A stretch of 64,000 nucleotides of DNA from Eledone cirrhosa (taxonomy: Eukaryota): contig OZ024744.1 in the NCBI GenBank assembly GCA_964016885.1, forward strand, positions 43,958,001 to 44,022,000, in the 5' to 3' direction. The notes under the pieces are model-generated. The model searched no databases, was not told the DNA's origin, and worked only from the letters and a program-made list of their open reading frames with translations. Shown piece after piece: positions 49,851 to 64,000 of the stretch. The translations under genes and the position numbers were made by a program. Positions within the stretch are counted from its first letter, which is position 1. Every line of letters starts with the position of its first letter.

Positions 49851-52800
49851 TTAATACTAGTGTTGGTAACTAACAGATGGTGTAATTTTATTATTCTAAG
49901 TAACAGATGATGTAATATTAATATTGGTAACTAACATATGGTGTCATAATAGTATTCTAGCTAACAGATGGTGTAATACAAGTATTGGTAACTAACAAAT
50001 GGTGTAATACTAGTGTTGGTAACTAACAGATGGTGTAGTACTAGTTTATGTAACTAACAGATGGTGTAGTACTACTATGGTAACTAAACGATGGTGTAGT
50101 ACTAGTATTGGTAGTTAACAAATGGTGTAGTACTACATTTGCTAACTAACAGATGGTGTAATACTAGTTTTGGTAGTTACCAAATTGTGTAGTACTAGTT
50201 TTGGTAACTAACAGATGGGGTAGTACTAGTTTTGGTAATTAACAGATGATGTAGTACTAGTTTTGGTAACTAACAGATGATGTAATACTAGTTTATGTAA
50301 CTAACATATGGTGCGGTTCTTATATTGGTAGCTAATATATGATGTAGTACTAGTATTGGTAACTAACACATGGGATAATAGTAATTTTGGTAGCTAACAA
50401 ATGGTGTAGAACTATTATTGGTAACTGCACAGATGTTGTAGAACTAGTTTGGATCACTAACAGATGATGTAGTATTAGTATTGGTATTATTAGTTTGGTA
50501 CTGGGTAATTGCTGGCCTTGTGCCAAAAGTAGAAACAATTATTAGTTTGGATCACTAACAGATGGTGTAGTATTAGTATTGGTATTAACAGATGCTATTG
50601 TACTAGGAGTGGTAACTAATAGATTCTGCAGTACTTGCTTTGGTAACTAACATAATGTGTAGTACTAGTTTTGGTAGTTAACAAATGGTGTAGTACTAGT
50701 ATTGCTAACTAACAGATGGCGTAATACTAGTATTGGTAACTAACATATGGTGTAATACCAGTATGCTAACTAACCGATGGTGTAATACTAGTATTAATAA
50801 GTAACATATGGTGTAATATTAATATTGGTAACTAACAGATGGTGTAATGTTAGTATTGGTAATTAACAGATAGTGTAATACTAGTATTGGTAACTAACAG
50901 ATATTGTAATGCTAGTATTGGTAATTAACAGATGGTGTAATACTAGTTTTGGTAACTAAGAGATGGTGTAATGTTAGTATTGGTAACTAATAGATGGTGT
51001 AATACTAGTATTGTTAACTAACAGATGTGTAGTACTATTATTGGGAACTAATAGATGGTGTAATACTAGTATTGGTAACTAACATATGGTGTAATATTAA
51101 TATTGGTAACTAACCGATGGTGTAATATTAGTATTGGAAACTAAAAGAAAGTGCAATACTAGATGGTATAATACTAGTATTGGTAAGTAACATATGGTGT
51201 AATGCTATTATTGGTATCTAACAGATGGTGTAATACTGCTATTGTTAACTACCAGATGGTGTAGTACTAGTATTGATAACTAACAAATGGTGTAGTAGTA
51301 GTATTGGTAACTAACAAACGGTGTAATACTAGTTTTTGTAATTAACAGATAATGTAATGCTAGTATTGGTAACTAACAGATGCGGTAATATAGTATTGGT
51401 GACTAACAGATGGTGTAATACTAATATTGGTAAGTAAAAGATGATGTAATACTATTTTCTAACTAACAGATGGTGTAATACTAATATTGGTAACTAACAG
51501 ATGGTGTAATACTAGTATTCTAGCTAACAGACGGAGTAATACTAGTATTGGTAACTAAAAAATGGTGTATTACTAGTATTGGTAACTAATAGATGGTGTA
51601 GTACTAGTCTTGGTAACTAACAAATGTTGTAGTACTAGTTTATGTAATTAAAGATGGTGTAGTACTACTATTGGCAACTAAACGATGGTGAAGTATTAGT
51701 ATTGGTAGTTACCAAATTGTGTAGTACTAGTTTTGGTAACTAACAAATGATCTAATACTAGTTTTTGTAACTAACAGATGGTGCAGTTATAGTATTGGTA
51801 GCTAATATATGATGTAGTACTAGTATTGGTAACTAACAGATGAGGTAATAGTAATTTTGGTAGTTAACAAATGGTGTAGTAGTAGATTGGGTAGCTAACA
51901 AATGGTGTAGAACTATTATTGGTAACTGCACAGATGTTGTAGCACTAGTTTGGGTCACTAACAGAAGGTGTAGTATTAGTATTGGTATTAACAGATGCTG
52001 TAGTAATATGAACTAATAGATGCTGCACTACTTGCTTTGGTAAGTAACAGAATGCGTAGTACTAGATTTGGTAGTTAACAGATGGTGTAGTACTAGTGTT
52101 GGTAACTAACAAATAGTATAGTATTAGATTTGGTAACAAACAGAAGGTCTAGTACTAGTATTTGTAACTCACATATGGTGTAATACTAGTATTGGTAACT
52201 AATAGATGGTGTAGGACTAGTTTTTGTAGTCAACTTATGGTGTATTACTAGTATTGGTAACTAACAGATTGTGTAATACTAGTATGTGTAACTAACAGAT
52301 GGTGTAATGTTAGTATTAGTAACTAACATATGGTGTAATACTAGTATGTTAACTAACCGATGGTGTAATGCTAGTATTGTTAAATAACATATGGTGTAAT
52401 GTTAGTATTGGTAACTAACATATAGTGTAATGCTAGTATTGGTAATTTACAGACGGTGTTGTAATAGTATTGGTAGCTAACAGATGGTGTAGTACTAGTA
52501 TTTGTAATTAGCATATAAAGCAATGCTAGTTTTGGTAACTAACAGATGAGGTAATACTAGTATTGGTAACTATCAGATGGTGTAATACTAATATTGGTAA
52601 GTAACAGATGGTGTAATACTATTATTCTATGTAACAGATGATGTAATATTAATATTGGTAACTAACAGATGGTGTTATATAATTATTCTAGCTAGCGGAC
52701 GGTGTAATACTAGTATTGGTAACTAACAAATGGTGTAATACTAGTATTGGTAACTAACATATGGTGTAGTACTAGTATTGGTATTATTAGTTTGTGTCAA

Positions 52801-55800
52801 TAACAGATTGTGTAGTATTAGTATTGGTATTAACAGATGATGTAGTACTAGGAGTGGTAACTAATAGATGCTGCAGTACTTGCTTTGGTAACTAACAGAA
52901 TGTGTAGTACTGGTGTTGGTAGTTAACAAATGGTGTAGTACTAGTATTGGTAACTAACAGATGGTGTAGTATTAGATTTGGTAACAAACAGCATGTCTTG
53001 TACTAGTATTTATAACTAACAAATGGTGTAATACTAGTATTGGTAACTAACAGATGGTGTAGTACTAGTATTAGTAGTTAACATATGCTGTATTACTAGT
53101 ATTGGTAACTAACAGATGGTGTAATACTACTATTGGTAACTATCAGATGGTGTAATGTTAGTATTGTTAATTGACATATGGCGTAATATTAATATTGGTA
53201 ACATATGGTGTAATGTTAGAATTGGTAACTAACAGATAGTGTAATACTAGTATTGGTGACTAACAGATGGTGTAGTATTAGATTTGGTAACAAACAGCAT
53301 GTCTTGTACTAGTATTTGTAACTAACAGATGGTGTAATACTAGTATTGGTAACTAACAGATAGTGTAATCCTAGTATTGGTAATTATCAGATGGTGTAAT
53401 ACTAGTTTTAGTAACTAACAGATGTTGTAATACTAATAATGGTAACTAACAGATGGTGTAATATTAGTATTGGTAACTAACAGAAAGTGTAATACTACTA
53501 TTGGCAACTAACAGATTGTGTAATGCTAGTATTAGTAATTAACAGATGGTATAATACAAGTATTAGTAACTAACAGATAGTGTAATGCTATTATTGGTAT
53601 CTAACAGATTGTGAAATACTAATATTGGTAACTAACAGATGGTGTAGTACCACTAGTGGTAATTAACAAATGGTGTAGTACTAGTATTGGTAAGTAACAA
53701 ATGGTGTAGTACTATTATTGTTAACTAACAGATGGTGTAATGACAGTATTCTAACAAACAGACGGTGTAATACTAGTATTGGTAACTAACATATAGTGTA
53801 ATGCTTGTATTGGTAATTTACAGGATGGTGTAGTAATAGTATTGGTAGCTAACAGATGGTGTAGTACTAGTATTTGTAATTAGCATATAATGCAATGCTA
53901 GTATTGGTAACTAACAGATGGGGTAATACTAGTATTGGTAACTAACAGATGGTGTAATACTAATATTGGTAAGTAGCAGATGGTGTAATACTATTATTCT
54001 ATGTAACAGATTATGTAATATTAATATTGGTAACTAACAGATGGTGTTATACAATTATTCTAGCTAGCAGACAGTGTAATACTAGTATTGGTAACTAACA
54101 AATGGTGTAATACTAGTAATGGTAACTAACATATGGTGTAGTACTACTAGTGGTAATTAACAAATGGTGTAGTACTACTATTGGTAAGTAACAAATGGTG
54201 TAGTACTATTATTGTTAACTAACAGATGGCGCAATGACAGTATTCCAACTAACAGACGGTGTAATACTAGTATTGGAAACTAACAAATGATTGGTACTAG
54301 TATTCTAAATAACAGATGATGTAATATTAATATTGGTAACTAGCAGATGGTGTAATACTAGTATGCTAGCTAAAAGACGGTGTAATACTAGTATTGTTAA
54401 CTAACAGATGGTGTAGTACTAGTCTGGGTAAGTAACAAATGTTGTAGTACTCGTTTATGTAGCTAAACGATGTACTACTATTGGTAACTAAACGATGTTG
54501 TAGTACTAGCATTGGTAGTTAACAAATGGTGTAGTACTAATGTTGGTAACTAACAGATGGTGTAATACTAGTTTTGGTAGTTACCAATTTGTGTAGTACT
54601 AGTTTTGGTAATTAACAGATGATTTAGTACTAGTTTTGGAAGTTAACAAATGGTGTAAAACTATTATTGGTAACTGCACAGATGTTTAGCACTTGTTTGG
54701 GTCACTAACAGATGGTGTAGTATTAGTATTGGTATTATTAGTTTCAGTCACTACAGATGGTGTAGTATTATTACTAGTATTAACAGATGCTATAGTACGA
54801 GGAGTGGTAATTAATAGATGCTGAAGTACTTGCTCTGGTAACTAACAGAATGCGTAGTACTAGTTTTTGTAGTTAAGAGATGGTGTAGTACTAGTAGTGG
54901 TAAATCACAGATAGTGTAGTACTATTATTTGTAGTTAATATATGATATATTACTAGTATTGGTAACTAACAGATTGTGTAATAATAGTATTGGTAACTAA
55001 CAGATGGTGTAAGGTTAGTATTGATAACCAACATATAATGTAATACTAGTATGTTAACTAACCGATGGTGTAATACTAGTATTGTTAACTAACATAAGGT
55101 GTAATATTAATATTGGTAATTAGGAAGTGGTGTAATGTTAGTATTGGTAACTAACAGATGGTGTAGTACTAGTATTTGTAATTAACAGATAATATAATGC
55201 TAGTATTGGTAACTAATAGATGGGGTAATACTAGTATTGGTAACTAACAGATGGTGTAATACAATATTGGTAAGTAACAGATGGTGTAATACTATTGTTC
55301 TAAGTAACAGATGATGTAATATTAATATTGGTAACTAACAGATTATGTAATACAAGTATTCTAGCTAACAGACGATGTTATACTAGTATTGGTAACTAAC
55401 AAATGGTGTAATACTAGTATTGGTAACTAACATATGGTGTAGTATTATTATTGGTATTATTAGTCTGCGTCACTAACAGATGCTGTAGTATTAGGATTGG
55501 TATTAACAGATGCTGTATTACTAGGAGTGGTAACTAATAGATGCTGCAGTACTTGCTTTGGTAACTAACAGAATGTGTAGTACTAATTTTGGTAGTTAAC
55601 AGATGGTGTAGTAATAGTATTGGTAAGTAGCATAACTAACAGATGGTGTAGTATTAGATTTGGTAACAAACAGAAGGTCTAGTACTAGTATATGTAACTA
55701 ACAGATGGTGTAATACTAGTATTGGTAACTAACAGGGGGTGTAGTACTAGTATTTGTAGTTAACATATGCTGTATTACCAGTATTGGTAACTAACAGATG

Positions 55801-58800
55801 GTGTAATACTAGTATTATTAACTAAAATATGGTGGAATGTTAGTATGGTAACTAACAGAGAGTGTAATGCTACTATTGTTAATTAACAGATGGTGTAATA
55901 CTAGTTTTGGTAACTAACTTATGGTGTAATGCTAGTTTGGGTAACTAACAGATGATGTAATACTAGTATTGTTAACTAACAGATGGTGTAGTACTAGTAT
56001 TGATAACTAACAAATGGTGTAGTACTAGTAATGTTAACTAACATATGGTTTAATGCCAGTATTCTAACAACCAGACGGTGTAATACTAGTATTGGAATCT
56101 AACAGATGGTGTAATATTATTATTCTAATTAAGAAATCATGTAATATTAATGTTGGTAACTAACAGATGGTGTAATACTAGTATTGATAGATCACAGATA
56201 TTGTAATACTAGTATTGATAACTAATATATGGTGTAATACTAGTTTTGTTAACTAACAGATGTCGTAATACTAGTATTGGTAAAACACAAATGGTGTAAT
56301 ACTAATATTGGTAAATAAAATATGGTGTAATACTAATATTGGTAACTAAAATATGGTGTAATACTAGTATTGTTAACTAACAGATGATCTAGTACTAATA
56401 TTGTTAACAGAGGGTGTAGTGATAGTACTGGTAACAAACAAATGGTTTAGTACTAGTATTGGTAACTGGCAAAGGATGTAGTACAAATATTAGTAACTAA
56501 CAGATGGGGTAATACTAATTTTGGTAAGTAAAAGTTGGTGTAATGTAAGTATTGGTAACTAACAGATGGTGTAATATGAGTATGCTAAATAACGGACGGT
56601 GTAATACTAGTATTGGTAACTAACAAATGGTGTAGTACTAAGAGATGTTGTAGTACTAGTATTGGTAAGTAACACATATAATTCTAGTAGTAGTATCTAA
56701 CAGATGATGTAATACTAGTATTGGTAACTAACACATGGTGTAATACAAATATCGGTAACTAAAATATGGTGTAATATTAGTATTCTAGCTAACAGACGGT
56801 GTAATACTATTATTAGTAATTAACAGATGGTGTAATACTAGTATTGGTAGCTAACAGATGGTGTAATACTAGTATCGTTAACTAATTGATGGTGTAATAG
56901 TAGTTTTGTTAACTAACAGATGGTGTAGTACTAGTATTGATAACTAACAGATGTTGTAATACTAGTATTGTTAACTAACAGATGATCTAGTACTAATATT
57001 GTTAACAGATGGTGTAGTACTAGTATTGGTAGCTAGCAAATGGTGTAGTACTAATATTGCTAACGAACAGATGGGGTAATACTAGTATTGGTAACTAACA
57101 GATGGTGTAATACTAGTACTGGTAACTAACATATGGTGAAATACTAATTTTGGTAACTAAAAGATGGTGTAATGCAGTATTGGTAACTAACATATGGTGC
57201 AATACCAGTATTCTAAATAACAGACGGTGTAATACTAGTATTGGTAACTAACAAATGGTGTAGTACTAGTATTTGTAAGTAAGAGATGGTGTAGTACTAG
57301 TATTGGTAACTAACACATAATATAATGCTAGTAGTAGTAACTAACAGATGATGTAAAACTAATATTGTAACTAACAGATGGTGTAATACTAATAATAGTA
57401 ACTAACAGATGATGTAAAACTTGTATTGGTAAAATAACAAATGGTCTAATATTAATTTTGGTAAATAACAGATGGCGTAATAGTAGTATTCTAGCAAACA
57501 GATGGTGTAATACTAGAATTGGTAACTAACAAATGGTCTAATACTAGTATTGGTAACTAACATATGGTGTAATACTAATATTGCTATCTAACAGATGTTG
57601 TAATCTTGTAATTTTCGTAACTAAAAGATGGTGTAATGCTAGCATTGGTAACTAGCAGCTGGAGTAATACATGTATTCTAAATAACAGACGGTGTAATAC
57701 TAGTATTGTAACTAACATATGGTGTAGTACTAGTATTGGTAACTACGAGATGGTATAGTACTAGTATTTGTAACTAAAACATAATATAATGCTAGTAGTA
57801 GTAACTAACAGATGATGTAATCCTAGTATTGGTAAATAACAAATGGTGTAATACTAATATTGGTAATTAAAAGATGGTATAATACTAGTATTCTAGCTAA
57901 CAGATGGTGTCATACTCCTATTTGTAAATAACAAATTGTATAATACTAGTATTGGTAACTAACAGGTGATGTAGTACTAGCATTGGTAACTAACATATGG
58001 TGTAGTACCAGTATTCTAACTAATAGATGCTGTAATACTAGCATTGGTAACTATCAGATGGTGCAGTACTAGTATTGGTAACTAACATATGTTGTAGTAC
58101 TAGTATTGTTAACTAAAAGAATGGTGTAATACTAGTATTCTAACTAACAGGTGGTGTAATACTAATATTTGTCACTAACAGTTCGTGTAATATTAGTATT
58201 GTTAACTAACAAATGGTGTAGTTCTAGTATTGGTAAATAATAGATAGTGTAGTAATAACATTGGTGAGTAACAGATTGTGTAATACTAGTATTGGTAGCT
58301 AACAGATGGTGTAATAATAGTATTGGTAACAAATAGATGGTGTAATACTAGTTTTGTTAACTAACTTATGGTGTAGTACTAGTATTGATAACTAACAGAT
58401 GTTGTAATACTAGTATTGGTAACAAATAAATGGCGTAATACTAATATTGGTAATAAAGAGATGCTGTAATACTAGTATTCTAACTAACAGATGGGGTAAT
58501 ACTAGTATTAGTAACTAATAGATGTTGTAATCTTGTCTTGTTAACTAACAGATGATGTAGTACTAATATTGTTAACATATGGTGTAGTACTAGTATTATT
58601 AACAAATAAATAGTTTAGTACTAGTATTGGTAACAAACATATGGTGTAATACTAGTATTGATAACTAACACATGGCGTAATACTAGATTTGGTAACTAAC
58701 AGATGTTGTAGTACTAGTATTGATAACAAACAAATAGTTTAGTACTAGTATTGGTAACTAGCAAATGGTGTAATACAAATATTGGATACTAACATATGTA

Positions 58801-61800
58801 GTACCAGTATTCTAACTAATAGATGCTGTAATACTGGTATTGGTAACTATCAGATGTTGTAGTACTAGTATTGTTAACTAAAAGAATGGTGTAATACTAG
58901 TATTCTAACTAACAGATGGTGTAATACAAATATTTGTCACAAACAGTTCGTGTAATATTAGTATTGTTAACTAACAAATGATGTAGTTCTAGTATTGTTA
59001 AATAATAGATAGTGTAGTAATAGTATTGGTAACTATCAGATGGTGTAAAACTAGTATTGGTAGCTAACAGATGGTGTAATACTATTATTGGTAACTAATA
59101 GATGGTGTAATACTTGTTTTGTTAACTAACATATGGTGTAGTACTAGTATTGATAACTAACATATGTTGTCATACTAGAATTGGTAACAAACAAATGGTG
59201 TAATGATAATATTGGTAAATAACAAATGGTGTAATAGTAGTATACTAACTAACAGATGGTGTAATACTAGTATTGGTAACAAACAAATGGTGGAGTACTA
59301 ATATTGGTAACAAACAAATAATGTTGTACTAATATTGGTAACAAGCAAATAGTTTAGTACTAGTATTGGTAACTAGGAAATGGTGGAGTACTAATATTGG
59401 TAACTAACAGATTGTGTAATACTACATTTGCTAACTAAAAGATGGTGTAATGCTAGTATTGGTAACTAGTAGATGGTGTAATACCAGTATTCTAAACAAC
59501 AGACGTTGTAATACTAGTATTGGTAACTAACCAATGCGTAGTACTATATTGGTAACTAAGAGATGGTATAGTACTAGTATTGGTAACTAACACATAATAT
59601 AATACTAGTAGTAGAAACTAACAGATGATGTAATACTAGCATTGGTAACTAACATATGGTGTAATACTAATATTGATAACTAATAGATGGTGTAATACTA
59701 GTATTCAAACTAACATACGGTGTAATACTAGTATTAGTAACAAAAGAATTGTGTACTACTAGTATTGGTAACAATCAGATGGTGTAATACTAGTATTGAT
59801 AACTAATACATGGTGTAATACTAGATTTGGTAACTAACAGATGTTTTAATACTAGTATTCATAACTAAAAGAATGGTGTAATACTAGTATTCTAACTAAC
59901 AGATGGTGTAATACTAATATTCATCACTAACAGTTCCTGTAATATTATTATAGCTAACTAACAAATGGTGTAGTTTTAGTATTGTAAATAATAGATAGTG
60001 TAGTAATAGTATTTGTAACTATCAGATGGGGTAATACTAATTTTGGTAACTAAAAGATGGTGTAATACTAATATTAGTAACTAACAAATTGTGTAATACT
60101 AGTATTGGTAACAATCAGATGGTGCAGTACTAGTATTGGTAACTAACAGATGGTGTAATACTAGTATTGATAACTAACACATGGTGTAATTCTAGATTTG
60201 GTAACTAACAGATGTTGTAGTACTAGTATTGATAACAAACAAATAGTTTAGTACTAGTATTGGTAACTAGCAAATGGTGTAATATAAATATTGCTAACTA
60301 ACAGATGAGGTAATACTAATTTTGGTAACTAGAAGATGGTGAAATACTAATATTAGTAACTAACAAATTGTGTAATACTAGTATTGGTAATTAAAGTGGT
60401 GAAGTACTAGTATTGGATACTAACATATGGTGTAGTACCAGTATTCTAACTAATAGATGCTGTAGTACTAGTATTGGTAACTATCAGATGTTGTAGTACT
60501 AGTATTGTTAACTAAAAAAATGGTGTAATACTAATATTCGTCACAAACAATTCGTGTAATATTAGTATTGTTAACTAACAAATGGTGTAGTTCTAGTATT
60601 GGTAAATAATAGATAGTGTAGTAATAGTATTGGTAACTATCAGATGGTGTATTACTAGTATTATTAACTAACAAATGGTGTAGTAATATTATTGGTAACT
60701 AACACATCGTGTAATACTCGTATCTGTAACTATCATATTGTGTAATACTAGTACTGGTCACTAACAGATGGTGTAATATTAATATTGGTAACTAAAAGAT
60801 GGTGTAATGCTAGTACTGGTAAATAACAGATCGTGAAATATTAGTATTCTAACAAACGGTGTAATACTAGTATTGGTAATTAACATATGGTGTAGTACTA
60901 CTATTGGTAACTAAAACATAATGTAATGCTAGTAGTAGTAACTAACAGATGGTGTAATACTAGTATTGGTAACTAAAAGGTGGTGTAATACTAATATTGG
61001 TAACTAACAGATAGTGCAATTGGTAACTAATAAAAGGTGTAATATTTATATTGATAACTAACACATGGTGTAATAATATTATTCTAAGTAACAGATGGTG
61101 TAGTACCATGGTAACTAACAGATGGTGTTGTACTAGTATTCTAACTAAGAGATGCTGTAATACTAGTATTGGTATCTATAAGATGGTGCAGTACTTGTAT
61201 TGGTAACTAACAGGTGGTGTAATACTAGTTTTGGTAACTAACATATGGTGTAATGCTAGTATTGATAACTAATAAACGGTGTAATATTAATATTGGTAAC
61301 TAACAGATTGTGTCATACTAGTATTCTAAGTAAAGGATGGTGTAATACTAATATTGGTAACTAAAAGATGGTGTAATACTGGTATTCTAGCTAACAGACG
61401 GTGTAATACTAGTATTGGTAACTATCGAATGGTGTAATACTAGTATTGGTAACTAACAGATTGTGTAGTACTAGCATTGGTAAATATCATATGGTGTAAT
61501 ACTAGTATGCTAAATAACATATGGTGTAATACTAGTATTGGTAAATAACAGATGGTGTCATACTAGTAATGGTAACTAAAGATGGTTTAATACTAGTATT
61601 AGTAACTAACAGATGGGGTAATACAAATATTGGAAACTAACAGATGGTGTAATATTAGTATTCTAACTATCAGATGGTGTAATACTAATATTGGTAACTA
61701 ACAGTTCGTGTAATATTAGTATTGTTAAGTAACAAATGCTGTAGTTCTAGTATTGGTAAATAATTGATAGTGTAGTAATAGTATTGGTAACTAACATATG

Positions 61801-63945
61801 GTGTAATACTAGTATTGGTAACTAATAGCTGGTGTAATACTAGTTTCATTAACTAACATATGGTGTAGTACTAGAATTGATAACTAACAGATGTTGTAAT
61901 ACTAGTATTGGAAACAAAAAAATGGTGTAATACTAATATTGGTAACTAACAGATGGTGTAATACTAGTATTCTAACTAACAAATGGTGTAATCTAGTATT
62001 CTAACTAACAAATGGTGTAATTTAGTATTGTTATCCAACAGATGATCTAGTACTAATATTGTTAACAGATGGTGTAGTACTAGTATTGGTAACAAACAAA
62101 TAGTTTAGTACTAGTATTGGTAACTAGCTAATGGTGTTGTACTAATATTGGTAACTAACAGATAGGGTAATACTAGTATCTGTAAATATCAGATGGTGTA
62201 ATACTAGAATTGGTAATTAAAGATGGTGTAATATTAATATTCGTAACTAAAAGATGGTGTAATGCTAGTACTGGTAACTAAAAGATGGTGAAATACTAAT
62301 ATTCTAACAAACGGTGTAATACTAGTATTGGTAACTAACATATTGTTTAATACTAGTATTCTAACTAACATATCGTGTAGTACTAGTGTTGGTAACTAAA
62401 ACATAATGTAATGCTAGTATTGGTAACTAACAGATGGTGTAATACTAGTATTGGCAATTAACAGATGGTGTAATACTAATATCGGTAACTAACAGATGGA
62501 GTAATACTAGTATTGGTAACTAATACACGATGTAATATTAATGTTGGTAACTAACAAATGCTGTAATACTATTATTCTCAGTAACAGATGGTGTAATAAT
62601 AGTATTGGAAAATGACAGATGTTGTAATACTAGTATTGGTTACTAACAGATGGCGTCATACTAATATTGGTAACAAAAAAGATCGTGTAATGCTAGTATT
62701 GGTAACTAACAGAGGGTGTAATACTAGTATTCTAACTAACAGACGTTAAAATAATAGTATTGTTAACTAACACATGGTGTAGTACAAATATTGGTAACTG
62801 ACAGATGGTTTAGTACTAGTATTGGTAACTAACGGATAATGTAATGCTAGTATTGGTAACTAACATTTGCTGTAGTACTAGTATTGGTAACTAACAGATG
62901 GTGTAGTACTAGTATTCTAACTAAGAGATGCTGTAATACTAGTATTGGTAACTATAAGATGGTGAACTACTTGTATTGGTAACTAACAGGTGGTGTAATA
63001 CTAGGTTTGGTAACTAACATATGATGTAATGCTAGTATTGGTAACTAATAAACGGTGTAATATTAATATTGGTAACTAACAGATTGTGTAATACTATTAT
63101 CCTAAGTAAAAGATGGTGTAATACTAATATTGGTAACTAAAAGATGGTGTAATACTAGTATTCTAGCTAACAGACGGTGTAATACTAGTATTGGTAACTA
63201 TCAAATGGTGTAATACTAGTATTGGTAACTAACAGATGGTGTAGTACTAACATTGGTAAATATCATATGGTGTAGTATTAGTATGCTAAATAACATATGG
63301 TGTAATACTAGTTTGTTAACTAACAGATGTTGTAGTACTAGTTTGGTAAATAACGGATAGTGTAGTAATAGTATTGGTAACTAACAGATGCTGTAATACT
63401 AATATTGGTAACTAACAGTTGGTGTAACACTAGTATTGGTAAATAACAGATGTAATTTTAGCATTGGTAACTAACAGAAGGTGTAATACTACTATTGGTA
63501 CCTAACAGTGTGTGTAATACTAGTATTCTAAATAACAGACGGTGTAATACTAGTATTGTTAACTAACAAATGGTGTAGTACACATATTGGTAATTAACAG
63601 ATGGTGTAGTACTAGTATTGGTAACTAACAGATAATGTAATGCTAGTATTGGTAACTAACATATGGTGTAATACTAGTATTAGCAACGAACATATGGTGC
63701 TATACTAATATTGGTAACTAACAGATGGTGTAATACTAGTATTGGTAACTAACAAATGGTGTAATATTAATATTCTAGCTAACAAACAGTGTAATACTAG
63801 TATTGGTAACTATCAAATGGTGCAGTATTAGTATTGGTAACTAACAGATGGTGTAATACTAGTATTGATAACTAACACATGGTGTAATACTAGTATTGGT
63901 AAGTAACAGATGTTGTAGTACTGGTATTGTTAACTAAAAGAATGG
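49851..63945. repeat. 31-bp-unit satellite, ~14.1 kb (~450 units), with higher-order blocks
   Basis: Consensus TACTAGTATTGGTAACTAACAGATGGTGTAA; ctag at 50881, 50912 and 50943 gives the 31-bp period. Variant blocks recur at kb scale. Confidence 0.97.
50499..50537 (+). mobile_element. SINE 3'-tail insertion in the 31-bp satellite with a 13-bp TSD
   Basis: tactgggtaattgctggccttgtgccaaaagtagaaaca flanked by attattagtttgg (50486-50498 and 50538-50550). Confidence 0.85.
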
Positions 63946-64000
63946 TATAAACGTTTGTATATGTATAATAAAGCCAAAACAATGCAGGTATGGACATAGA
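63946..64000. repeat. Start of a dispersed repeat also present at ~25441-25495
   Basis: gtataaacgtttg.atatgt.taataa.gccaa.acaatgcaggtatggacataga is shared with 25441 onward. Confidence 0.8.

Noticed and set aside
49851-63945. Branch-point/acceptor-like CTAACAG in each 31-bp unit, or CRISPR-like periodicity
   Set aside because: The motif is on the strand opposite the host gene and lacks a polypyrimidine tract. There are no unique spacers and no hammerhead core in this unit.

Overview
AT-rich, repeat-dense animal genomic DNA, most likely an octopod cephalopod (judged from memory of the tRNA-derived SINE family; no search run). (1) 1-13381 is a tandem array of ~32 units of ~420 bp. Each unit carries on the minus strand a minimal type I hammerhead ribozyme (ACGTTG-CTGACGA-TAGCTAATAAGCTT-GAAA-CTAG-TA-CAGCGT) with a palindromic stem III, so it is a retrozyme-like self-cleaving satellite, and it is joined head-to-head to a 5'-truncated Penelope-like element (PLE). 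(2) 13.4-48 kb is a pile-up of PLE fragments of at least three types (RT + C-terminal GIY-YIG), about 14 further dispersed intact or decayed hammerhead motifs, foldback elements, SINEs, an RTE-like LINE fragment and a decayed LTR element, mostly inserted in (TA)n tracts. (3) Embedded in this is a recent inverted duplication of the 3' exons of a chymotrypsin-type S1 serine protease gene; the plus copy looks intact and the minus copy has damaged splice acceptors. (4) 49.85-63.95 kb is a ~14-kb satellite with a 31-bp unit. Most short ORFs in the supplied track are microsatellite or satellite artefacts. Clade and family assignments are from motif recognition only.
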